In this document: one piece after another, positions 26,494-34,368 of the stretch
Layout of the letters: each line of letters begins with the position of its first letter
Position numbering within the stretch: position 1 is the first letter of the stretch
From: a virus
Virus record (IMG/VR): IMGVR_UViG_3300038427_000658
Strand: one strand, 5' to 3'
DNA length: 38,109 nucleotides
Position numbers and translations under genes: made by a program
Notes under the pieces: generated by a model
The model's input: the letters and a program-made list of their open reading frames with translations, nothing else
The model's database searches: none
Told to the model about the DNA's origin: nothing

Positions 26494-27477
26494 CTAATCT
26501 GGTTTACCTGTTAATTGTTTTTGTAATGCGTAGTAGGCCGGTCGTGGCGTCGTCGCGTTTCCGATTAGTCCGAAGCTTTTTTGGTCTGCAGCGTTATCTA
26601 TTAGCGAGTACCAGAATAAGTGTGTGACTTTTCCTTGGAAAAATCCGAGAGCATCAGTCATGTACTGCGCCTGTCCTTGTTCTCCGCTGGCTTCTATTGG
26701 TTGACCAGTTTCAGTTACCCATATTTCAAGAGTTTTGTTTGACGTGAAAAGTGCGCGGTAATATGCTAGTGATTGAGTGTAGCTATTCCAAACTAAGGGT
26801 TGAACTTGGTTCATCCAGGGATAGGCGTGGATTGAGATTGCGTCACCGTACTGTTCAATGTTCATGGCTGCGAGTTGCCGTGCAAACTCTTTATCAAGTG
26901 CAAGATTAGGGTCGCTTCCTGAATACAGGTTTAAGCCTCCGAAGAGTACGATTTTTGCGGTTGGGTCGTATTGGCGGATGATTGGTGAAGCTGTCTGCAC
27001 AATCGAGTAATAAAATTCAACGATTCGGCTCATGTTTTCCTGGGCCGTAATATTCAAGTTCAACAGTGGGTAGGTTGGGTTTGCGGGTTCATTCCAGATT
27101 TCCCAAGCATCTACATTCGAATAATTTGAAACGTAATGTGTAACGGCATTGCGCCATTCTTCAAGTGTGAATGTTGTTGTTTGGTTGAACATCCAACTGT
27201 CAAGGATTCCGAGAACCTTCAAGTTATATGCCTTCGCATTTGTGACTGCTGTGCCAAAATCGGGTGAAGCGTCTATGCGTATCCAACGTGCACCGCTCTC
27301 GTTAACCAGTTGTGCTTCATTGGCAGAAAGAGAATGCAAACTGATTCCTACCCAATCATTCTCAGTTTGGTTGGAAGACGGGTTTGATGCAGGCGGTATC
27401 TTACTTGCAATGAAGTAGGCTGCAATAATGAGGGCTATGGCTAAGATAGCGTATATTGTTAGTTGTTTTTTCTTCAT
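26494..27477 (-). CDS. Membrane-anchored glycoside hydrolase (GH5/GH39-like, clan A)
   Basis: N-terminal TM anchor (MKKKQLTIYAILAIALIIAAYFIA), ARWIRID, AWEIWNEPAN, AISIHAY, EIWVTETG, FWYSLID. Confidence 0.85.
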   Translation of the reverse strand: MKKKQLTIYAILAIALIIAAYFIASKIPPASNPSSNQTENDWVGISLHSLSANEAQLVNESGARWIRIDASPDFGTAVTNAKAYNLKVLGILDSWMFNQTTTFTLEEWRNAVTHYVSNYSNVDAWEIWNEPANPTYPLLNLNITAQENMSRIVEFYYSIVQTASPIIRQYDPTAKIVLFGGLNLYSGSDPNLALDKEFARQLAAMNIEQYGDAISIHAYPWMNQVQPLVWNSYTQSLAYYRALFTSNKTLEIWVTETGQPIEASGEQGQAQYMTDALGFFQGKVTHLFWYSLIDNAADQKSFGLIGNATTPRPAYYALQKQLTGKPD

Positions 27478-27733
27478 GTTATCCCCAATTTCTTGTGTGG
27501 CATTTTGGGCAACGAAGAGGCATTGAACGCCCATCTTTAGCCCAACGTTTTGGTCGTGATTTCCATTCGTAACCGCAATGTGAACATTTGAATCTTGGTC
27601 TTTTGTATCTCCTTGGCTTCGGTAATAACTCCATTTAAACCAGCATGTTAGTGATTGGTAATAACTACGTATAAAGTTATCTTCGTAACCTTTTGGGCGT
27701 TTCATGGTAATTGTAATTGAACGGTGAAAAGAT

Positions 27734-28147
27734 TTGGAAAACAAAGAAAAAGAGAAGGATTTGAAGAAGCAGTTTGAATCGCTTTGCATAGGTGACTTGA
27801 TCTGTGTGGAATGGTGTGATGCTAGCGTTGGCAAGAGCAGAAGCAGTGGTATGCTGATTGATGTGCCTGTGAAGAGTTGGGGTGTTTATGTGGGTTTATT
27901 AGGCAGCAAAGCTAAGCACATCGTCCTTGCGCAGAATAGTTTCTGTTACGCCGACGGCATCTTTGATTTGGATTATACGGCTATTCCTCTTAGCTGGACT
28001 GTGGACGTGTCGGTGCTGGTTAAGGCGTATATTCCTAAAGAAGTAGCGGGTAAGCTTGTTAACAGTTTCTTGTCAGGTGGGCATCGGGTGTTTAATCATT
28101 CGCAGACGTTTCAGCGGAGGCTGAGTACGGATGGTAGACCGGATTAA
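27734..28147 (+). CDS. Conserved-looking hypothetical phage protein
   Basis: GDLICVEWCDAS...GVYVG...IVLAQN...IP pattern. Confidence 0.65.
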   Translation: MENKEKEKDLKKQFESLCIGDLICVEWCDASVGKSRSSGMLIDVPVKSWGVYVGLLGSKAKHIVLAQNSFCYADGIFDLDYTAIPLSWTVDVSVLVKAYIPKEVAGKLVNSFLSGGHRVFNHSQTFQRRLSTDGRPD

Positions 28148-28376
28148 GCGTGCTTTGACTCGTCGGCGCCGGGTTCCTGGGCGTCCTGTTATAGTTGAGG
28201 AGCCGAATGAAACGCTTGTTTATTGCGTAAAATTTATCATGGTCATGATTGTTTGCTTGTCAGCTCTCGAGGTTGCGTGTATGGCTTTTCTGGGAAGCTG
28301 GAGTAGCGAAGTGTTTAGCGCTATTATGGGGTTAGTCGGGATAGTTACTGGGATTTTTGTTGGGCAGAAAACGTAG
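28131..28376 (+). CDS. Small two-TM membrane protein
   Basis: Basic N-terminus followed by two hydrophobic helices. Confidence 0.65.
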   Translation: MVDRIKRALTRRRRVPGRPVIVEEPNETLVYCVKFIMVMIVCLSALEVACMAFLGSWSSEVFSAIMGLVGIVTGIFVGQKT

Positions 28377-28446
28377 GGCTAAACTTCAAAAAATTCGCAG
28401 GAAGCTTAAGGAGCGCCAGGTCACGGGCGTAACCAGATAAGCGGTT

Positions 28447-28481
28447 TACTACGTACATTGTAGCTTTGAATGTATGTGGTA
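28447..28481 (+). repeat. Complete quasi-palindromic element (11-nt spacer)
   Basis: TACTACGTACAT-TGTAGCTTTGA-ATGTATGTGGTA. Confidence 0.9.
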
Positions 28482-28510
28482 GCGTCTGTTTTTGTGCATT
28501 TAAATCGTTA

Positions 28511-28905
28511 TCAGCGGAGGCTATCACTTTCACTGTACTCTCCACTAGGCTGATTAGTCGTTTGGGCGGTGGTTGCTTATATTTCCTCTAAATTAATGCG
28601 CCACTTGAGGGGCGGAGTTTATGAGAGATCGGAGAGATGTGTTTAGGATTCGCAAGTGCCGCCGTATATACGATCGTGTACACGGCAGGTTTAGTTTTTG
28701 TGCATTGTTAATTGGTGTCAGCGGAGGCTATCACTTTCACTGTACTCTCCACTAGGCTGATTAGTCGTTTGGGCGGTGGTTGCTTATATTTCCTCTAAAT
28801 TAATGCGCCACTTGAGGGGCGGAGTTTATGAGAGATCGGAGAGATGTGTTTAGGATTCGCAAGTGCCGCCGTATATACGATCGTGTACACGGCAGGTTTA
28901 GTTTT
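28511..28905 (+). repeat. 188-bp direct repeat (28511-28698 and 28718-28905)
   Basis: The two copies appear identical by eye, with a period of 207 bp; each contains the upstream region and first codons of the ATPase gene. Confidence 0.9.
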
Positions 28906-30276
28906 CATGTTGAGTATGAGACTCACGCGGAGTTGACGCCTAGGACTGTGGTTGTTGCTGAAGCTTTTGGCCTTGGGATTGATGAGGCTCAGAAGTTCCC
29001 GGTGCTTAATGCGGAGCTGCAGATTAGCCCTAAAGATATCGTGCTGATTACCGGTGATAGTGGCAGCGGCAAGAGTGTTTTGCTTCGTGCTATCCGTGAG
29101 GACCTAGGCGCTGAAGCAGTCGACATGGCAGATATCCACATGGATGAGAGTAAGCCGTTAATTGAGACTGTTGGCGCCACTGTTGAGGAGGCCTTGGAGC
29201 TGCTTAGCAAGGTTGGGTTGAATGATGCTTTTTTGTTTCTGCGTAAGTATGGTCAGCTTTCGGATGGCCAGAAGTACCGTTACCGCATAGCCAAGCTAAT
29301 TGAAAGTAAAGCGCAGTGGTGGCTTATGGACGAATTCTGTGCAACGTTGGACCGTGACACTGCTAAAATTATCGCTTTTAATGTGCAAAAGTTGGCTCGG
29401 CAGCAGGGCAAGGCGGTTCTCGCTGCGACTACGCATGACGATTTGTTTGAGGATCTCTCGCCTAGTGTGCACGTGCACAAGCGTTTTGGCGAAGAAATCG
29501 ACATCAAATATTATTCGAGTAGGCCTGCTGCAGAGTGTAGTTTGCTTGGGGAGATGATGGTTGAGGGTGGCACTTTGGATGATTGGCGTAAACTAAGTGT
29601 CTTCCATTATCGCAGTCATAATGTTAGTGCCCCAAGAGGTATCTTCAGTGTTCGGCGCAACGCTGAGCTTTGCGGAGTGATTGTGTATTGTTATCCGCCT
29701 CCGAACTGTGCTGGCCGCAGGCTTGTGCTACCGAGGATGTCAATTCAGGATTTGAACAAGCAGCTGAGCATTATTAGCCGGGTTGTGGTTCATCCCAAGT
29801 ACCGTACCATCGGGTTAGGTGAGAAGTTGATTCGTGAGACTTTACCGCTTGTTGGGACGCCTTATGTGGAGATGATTGCGGTTATGGCTAAGTATAATCC
29901 GTTTGCTGAGCGTGCTGGCATGCGAAAGGTGAGCGTTCATGAGCCTCCGAAAGAAGCGCTTGGGTTAGCTGAGGCCCTGAAGGGCTTTGGCTTTGATGTG
30001 CAATTGCTTGGCAGCCAGCGGTATGTACGTGGTAAGCTTGAAGGCCTAAGCAGTGAGCAGGTTGCAGAGTTGAAAGAGGCGTTTGTGCGGAATGGTCATC
30101 AGCGTTTCAGGAAAGAGTTTGCAGCTATGCGTCATGTGCCTTATGGCACCACAAAACTGTACCGGGCAGGAATTGAAAGCGCTGATTTGGATAAGTTGGC
30201 GAAGCTGATCAGGATTGTTGGGGTTCTCCTGCAGACAAAGGTTTACCTATTCTGGGAGAATCCTAGCTTAGCATAG
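28828..30276 (+). CDS. ABC-type ATPase fused to a GNAT-like acetyltransferase (COG2401-like)
   Basis: Walker A GDSGSGKS, signature LSDGQKYR, Walker B LMDEF, H-loop ATTHDD; GNAT motif A SRVVVHPKYRTIGLG. Confidence 0.9.
   Translation: MRDRRDVFRIRKCRRIYDRVHGRFSFHVEYETHAELTPRTVVVAEAFGLGIDEAQKFPVLNAELQISPKDIVLITGDSGSGKSVLLRAIREDLGAEAVDMADIHMDESKPLIETVGATVEEALELLSKVGLNDAFLFLRKYGQLSDGQKYRYRIAKLIESKAQWWLMDEFCATLDRDTAKIIAFNVQKLARQQGKAVLAATTHDDLFEDLSPSVHVHKRFGEEIDIKYYSSRPAAECSLLGEMMVEGGTLDDWRKLSVFHYRSHNVSAPRGIFSVRRNAELCGVIVYCYPPPNCAGRRLVLPRMSIQDLNKQLSIISRVVVHPKYRTIGLGEKLIRETLPLVGTPYVEMIAVMAKYNPFAERAGMRKVSVHEPPKEALGLAEALKGFGFDVQLLGSQRYVRGKLEGLSSEQVAELKEAFVRNGHQRFRKEFAAMRHVPYGTTKLYRAGIESADLDKLAKLIRIVGVLLQTKVYLFWENPSLA
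30023..30034 (+). repeat. Isolated right arm of the dispersed element, inside coding sequence
   Basis: Exact ATGTACGTGGTA. Confidence 0.6.
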
Positions 30277-31450
30277 TTTCTAGTAATCTTAGGTTTTCGT
30301 TTGGTTGTCCGTTGTCAAAGAAATACCAGTAGGGTTCAAATTCTATTATTTCTGCGCCTAAACTTTTTGCTGAAAGTGCGTGTTGTATTAATAATGAGAT
30401 GGGCATGTTCATGGGGTCGGTGCCGTAACGTGTTGTCCAATACCAGGCTTGGACTGATGCGCCCCAGTGTTGGAACATACTGCTTACTTGCATGAAGCCA
30501 GTTGCGGGTTCGAGATCTCCCGAATTTGTGGAGAAGGAAACGGTCACGATGTCCTCGTAACCCTTGATGTAAGTTTGTATTGGCTTGAATGTTTCTGCTT
30601 TCCACTCTGTCCAGAACAGCTTTAGGTTGTTTGCTCTGCAGAATTGAAGGATGGATGTGATATAGGCTGTTGGAAAGGGCAGTTCGGGATGCGCCATGTA
30701 CCAACTTACGAGTTCGGCAAACCGTAAATACTGGACGTTGCACGTTGCCATAGCTGCTAAAATGTCATCGGGCGATAGCATTTGAATGGGAGCGGAACCG
30801 TTTCCTCCTTCGAAGACGTCTAGCATGATTGGGATGCCGTGTTGTCCTCCGAAGTTGGTTGTAAGCCATGCAAGCTCTTCTGTCCAGTTTGTGTTTCCTT
30901 CGTATTCGGGTAGCAGGAGGATGTTGTATGTGTTGTTGTTGAGGGCTAGGATTTGGTTGTAGGTGTCGCTTGCATTAGGTAGGTGTCCCCATATATACCC
31001 TGGTCCTTTTTCGGAGACGTGGAAGACCAGGGTTTGTAATTGTGTTTTGTTCGTGTTAATTATTGCTGTGAGATTGTTTATTTGGCTCTGCAGAGTGGTC
31101 ACAGTGGAACTTAAGGAGCTGATCTGGGAATTTGCTGTTGTGATTTGGCTTTGAAGGGTTGTTATTTGAGAATTTAGGGAATTGACTTGGCTTGTGAGAT
31201 TTGTTATTTGGGAGTCCTGATTTGTTGTTCGGGTGTTTAGTGAGGTGATTGTGTTGTTGTTTTCTGTTATTTGGGCGTCTTGGATGGCGAGTTGTGAGTT
31301 TTGGTTGTTGATTGTTGAGTCCTGGCTTGTTATGGTGTTGTCTTTTGCGCTTATTATTGACGTGTAGTTGGCTATGACTCCGGCTAAACTGGCTGCTAGA
31401 AGGATGCAGATGATCGCTAAGGTAATAGTTAGCTTATTGGTGTTATTCAT
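30263..31450 (-). CDS. Membrane-anchored surface protein: TM helix, coiled-coil stalk and putative GH-like domain
   Basis: MNNTNKLTITLAIICILLAASLAG anchor, heptad Q/N/S/T stalk, C-terminal domain paralogous to 16252-17601. Confidence 0.8.
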   Translation of the reverse strand: MNNTNKLTITLAIICILLAASLAGVIANYTSIISAKDNTITSQDSTINNQNSQLAIQDAQITENNNTITSLNTRTTNQDSQITNLTSQVNSLNSQITTLQSQITTANSQISSLSSTVTTLQSQINNLTAIINTNKTQLQTLVFHVSEKGPGYIWGHLPNASDTYNQILALNNNTYNILLLPEYEGNTNWTEELAWLTTNFGGQHGIPIMLDVFEGGNGSAPIQMLSPDDILAAMATCNVQYLRFAELVSWYMAHPELPFPTAYITSILQFCRANNLKLFWTEWKAETFKPIQTYIKGYEDIVTVSFSTNSGDLEPATGFMQVSSMFQHWGASVQAWYWTTRYGTDPMNMPISLLIQHALSAKSLGAEIIEFEPYWYFFDNGQPNENLRLLETMLS

Positions 31451-31772
31451 GTGAATCGCCTGTTTTGGAGTCGCCAAACTGGCTCTTTATGATTTTTCTG
31501 TTGCCTTCTTTCGGCTTGCCTATTTTCTGGGAGCATTTATCACAACAAAGTAGAATTTTCTGTCTGACTGTTAAGGTGTTGCCGTTCATTTCTGTCTGCA
31601 TGGGGTATTGATTGATTACTAGTTTATCAGCGGTTTTTGTTTTGTGGCAGACTGGGCAGGTGAAGGGTATTTTTGCAAGTTCTTCTCTGGTCTTAGGTAA
31701 TTCGCTTGTTACTTTGATACCAAGTACATCTATTATGGCTTTGTTTTTTTGTTCGGCTAAATCTTTACTCGT
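31443..31772 (-). pseudogene. Frameshifted Zn-finger protein gene
   Basis: GAGGTG SD-like site followed by ACG (not ATG); ...FTCPVCHK...INNTP then a one-base shift into MQTEMNG...LLCCDKCSQK. Confidence 0.45.
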
Positions 31773-32102
31773 TTATATCACCTCTAAATTTGCTTTTTCT
31801 GTTTTGTGGAATTCGTAGGCGTTGACGGTTTGCCATGGTATAAAGTAGCCTTGATTTTTAGTCATCCATTCTAGGAATTCTGTTAGGTTGTTGAATCCTT
31901 CAGCTTTCGCTTCTTCTTCGGTTACGTTGAATAAGCGTTGTGGGAACGCATTTAGTATTTGGATGTAGGCTTGTGATTTTTGGTAGCGTCGGCGGCTGGC
32001 GCCGTAGATTCTTCCAACCTTATAGGTTTGTTTGCTTAGGCGTCTAGTTTGAGTTTTGGTTCCATCCATGACTTTCGCTAGTAGAGGGTCCTTGAAAAGC
32101 AT
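31773..32102 (-). CDS. ASCH domain protein
   Basis: GTKTQTRR, KVG, L..VTEEEAKAEGF motifs. Confidence 0.85.
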   Translation of the reverse strand: MLFKDPLLAKVMDGTKTQTRRLSKQTYKVGRIYGASRRRYQKSQAYIQILNAFPQRLFNVTEEEAKAEGFNNLTEFLEWMTKNQGYFIPWQTVNAYEFHKTEKANLEVI

Positions 32103-32111
32103 ATTTATCGC

Positions 32112-32282
32112 CTATGGTCCTGCTTTTTTGAGGAATTGCTCGATTAGTCGTAGGTCTTCGTTGACGGGTTGCATGTGTCGGCAGCGGCTTACTAGCATTG
32201 CGTAGCCTTCGAGTTTTTCTCCGGTTGCTAGGAATTTTGTGATTATTTCTTTTTCTTTTTCTGTTAGTATGTATTCTCTCAT
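32112..32282 (-). CDS. Small hypothetical protein (56 aa)
   Basis: Manual translation MREYILTEKEKEIITKFLATGEKLEGYAMLVSRCRH... Confidence 0.6.
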   Translation of the reverse strand: MREYILTEKEKEIITKFLATGEKLEGYAMLVSRCRHMQPVNEDLRLIEQFLKKAGP

Positions 32283-32507
32283 TGTTATCGTTCCTGAATG
32301 GGATTGTTTTTATGCGTATTTAAGGTTAACTGTGACGCTTTAACTATGATAGATATGTTTATATGCCTAATTAACTACTACAGTTATTAAGGCGATAAGT
32401 AAAATGATTAACCAGAAAACGATTGATGAGTTTTCGCTTGAATCCAAGCCTTTAGATCGGGCGGAGAAAACTATCGCTAGTTTAAAGAATGTAAAGGAGT
32501 TGAATTT

Positions 32508-32876
32508 ATGGTGATGGCTCCTGAATCTTCTCATCTTTCTATGCTTTTGGATCGCGTGAGAGGCGAAGAGGTTAGCCTTGGTTATGCTCGCAAGGAATCG
32601 CTCATCGACATAGCGGAACACATGCTTAGTTGGAATGATTCTGCGAAAGAGGAAGAGCGTGAAGCTATAGCTTTGCTAGCGAAATATCATCTTGCAACCC
32701 TGGCTAATAAGCATCCGAAGTTTATCAAGAAGAGTTGGGTTTTAATTCGGCAAGAGCTTGCGAAGCCTTATGAAGCCCGGTGTTGCCGCTGTGGCGCCGT
32801 TATTACTGCTAAGAAATCGCTTGAAACGGGGCTAGGAAGCGTTTGCAGAAAAAAGGTAATTTCTGGCCTGAAGTGA
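32508..32876 (+). CDS. Protein with a C-terminal DUF6011-like Zn finger
   Basis: RCCRCGAVIT..KSLETGLGSVCRKK. Confidence 0.7.
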   Translation: MVMAPESSHLSMLLDRVRGEEVSLGYARKESLIDIAEHMLSWNDSAKEEEREAIALLAKYHLATLANKHPKFIKKSWVLIRQELAKPYEARCCRCGAVITAKKSLETGLGSVCRKKVISGLK

Positions 32877-33031
32877 GAGTGGCAATTTGGGCGAAGGCTG
32901 AGGAGCTTTTTATGCAGGAGCAGATGCGAACTATGGATTGTGATGTTAGGCCTGAGCGAAGTGAGCTTCTGGAAGGCGGGTTTTTTGAGCGGGCTAAAAT
33001 AATTGTTCTCCGGGAGCGGTTGGGGGTTTGA
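32873..33031 (+). CDS. Small hypothetical protein
   Basis: GTG overlapping the previous stop codon. Confidence 0.5.
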   Translation: MRVAIWAKAEELFMQEQMRTMDCDVRPERSELLEGGFFERAKIIVLRERLGV

Positions 33032-33034
33032 GGT

Positions 33035-33070
33035 TACCACGTGCATGTTAGGGTTTGAATGTACGTAGTA
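33035..33070 (-). repeat. Complete quasi-palindromic element in reverse orientation (12-nt spacer)
   Basis: The minus strand reads TACTACGTACAT-TCAAACCCTAAC-ATGCACGTGGTA, 5 nt after the stop of the minus-strand RHH gene. Confidence 0.9.
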
Positions 33071-33074
33071 AAAA

Positions 33075-33491
33075 TTAGACGTCGGGGAGTTTCGTCCAGC
33101 CTTCCTTTCGTCTTTTGCGGATAACCGCTTGGATTTCTGGTACTGTGAGTGCGAAGTCGATGTGTTCGCAGTTGTTGGTTTTATCGTAGTCGCAAAAGAT
33201 TCCCTCGGGTTTGAAGTATATATCGGCTATCCAGTTGAGTTTGCGGTCGCTTATTCTTACGCTGTCTGGGCCTATGTTGAAGTGTTCGAACCGCGGTATT
33301 TCTCGTTCGTGCGTTTGGTAATGGTTTAAGAGGTCTCGTAAGGCGTCTTTGACGACTTCTGTTCGGCTTTTGTATCCGTGTTTTCCAACTAATTTGTCCA
33401 TGTCTATGACTATGTCGTTTGGCAGTTTTATTGTGGTATATTTGCCTTCTGTTAGTTCTTTTTCTTTTTTTCTGGGCAAATTTTGCGTCAC
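33075..33491 (-). CDS. RHH regulator with a C-terminal Cys/His domain (CI-like position)
   Basis: YTTIKLPNDIVIDMDKLVGKHGYKSRTEVVKDALRDLL plus IFCDYDKTNNCEH; start uncertain (GTG 33491 or TTG 33479; ORF track uses 33551). Confidence 0.85.
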   Translation of the reverse strand: MTQNLPRKKEKELTEGKYTTIKLPNDIVIDMDKLVGKHGYKSRTEVVKDALRDLLNHYQTHEREIPRFEHFNIGPDSVRISDRKLNWIADIYFKPEGIFCDYDKTNNCEHIDFALTVPEIQAVIRKRRKEGWTKLPDV

Positions 33492-33510
33492 CTGATTTAG
33501 TGGGTAATGT

Positions 33511-33631
33511 GTTAGTAACATGATTATATGTAAATTCTTGTTAATAAACAATGTTGCTTTTAGCTATATATTACTAATAAATGATAATAAAAGCTTAAAA
33601 AGAAAACCCGTTTAATACCCCTATTAATAAT
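33511..33631. promoter_or_regulatory. Divergent promoter region with four RTTA-N-TAAH quasi-palindromes (candidate operators)
   Basis: GTTAGTAAC 33511, GTTAATAAA 33540, ATTACTAAT 33570, ATTAATAAT 33623; very AT-rich. Confidence 0.5.
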
Positions 33632-33641
33632 AGGTGATTAA

Positions 33642-33803
33642 ATGGCGAAAGGATATGTAACTATAAAATTGCCCTGCGACATAGTCAGCGAGGTTCTTGA
33701 TCCATTGGTTGGAACTCACGGCTATGCAAGCAGGACTGAAGTCATTAAAGACGCGCTAAGAAGATTGTTAGAAAAGTATCAAATATCGGCAACGGTAGCA
33801 TAG
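33642..33803 (+). CDS. Stand-alone RHH regulator (53 aa, Cro-like position)
   Basis: Below the ORF-track cutoff. Manual translation MAKGYVTIKLPCDIVSEVLDPLVGTHGYASRTEVIKDALRRLLEKYQISATVA; GGTGA SD-like site upstream. Confidence 0.85.
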   Translation: MAKGYVTIKLPCDIVSEVLDPLVGTHGYASRTEVIKDALRRLLEKYQISATVA

Positions 33804-34095
33804 GAGGCTTAGTGTTCTTGGGGATTAGGCTTTTTGAAGGCATCGCTTTTGGGAGGTTTTGCGTGTTTAAGCTACGCGTGTATTTGGCGAATTGTTTTGA
33901 GGTTCTTCTCTTCCCCCTTCTAAGAGGCTTCCTAAGCAAGGATACAAGCCCTTCACCGGGCAGAAGGTTGAATGAAAAATGAGGTTTCAACTGAAAATTA
34001 ACGGTTGTCACATGTGCTCTTTGAGAAAAGGTTGCGGAGATAAACTTCTTCCTTGCAAGGCGATTCCTGAGCTTCACACTAGCAAACGGAGATGA

Positions 34096-34368
34096 TTGTG
34101 GATGTCTGAGAAATCTGAGAAACATGTTGTTGCAGCGTTTAAGCGTGCGTTGGAAGGTTTGAGCGGTTGTTTTGAGCGGTTGTGCGGTGAGGTTGCGGAG
34201 CTTGAGCGTGGTAGGGCTGGTCATGAGGAGCGTTTTGGCGTGTTGGAGCAGGAGTTGGTTGCTTTGGCTGATCGCTTGAACGCTGTGGAGCTGCGTGCTG
34301 GCTCTGTGGTTACGGCTAAGGTTGCTGAGGGCACTTTCGCTAAGGTTTCTGATTTGGAGGCTCATTAA
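34096..34368 (+). CDS. Coiled-coil hypothetical protein
   Basis: Heptad pattern; stop/start overlap with the next gene. Confidence 0.65.
   Translation: MWMSEKSEKHVVAAFKRALEGLSGCFERLCGEVAELERGRAGHEERFGVLEQELVALADRLNAVELRAGSVVTAKVAEGTFAKVSDLEAH

Noticed and set aside
27478-27834. N-terminal extension of the 446-aa minus-strand ORF
   Set aside because: It overlaps the plus-strand gene at 27734; the real protein most plausibly starts at the TM anchor (ATG 27477)
28540-28552. TCTCCACTAG shared between the att-like region (~1439-1448) and the 188-bp repeat
   Set aside because: A 10-bp match is close to chance expectation and has no further flanking similarity
16252-31450. Diversity-generating retroelement (template/variable repeat) explanation for the paralogous domains
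   Set aside because: No reverse transcriptase is present, and the similarity is at protein level with general divergence rather than adenine-specific differences
2374-33070. Interpretation of the dispersed element as CRISPR repeats, integron attC or Xer dif sites
   Set aside because: The copies are not arrayed with unique spacers, lack the RYYYAAC/GTTRRRY boxes, and have 11-14 nt spacers rather than the 6-nt dif core
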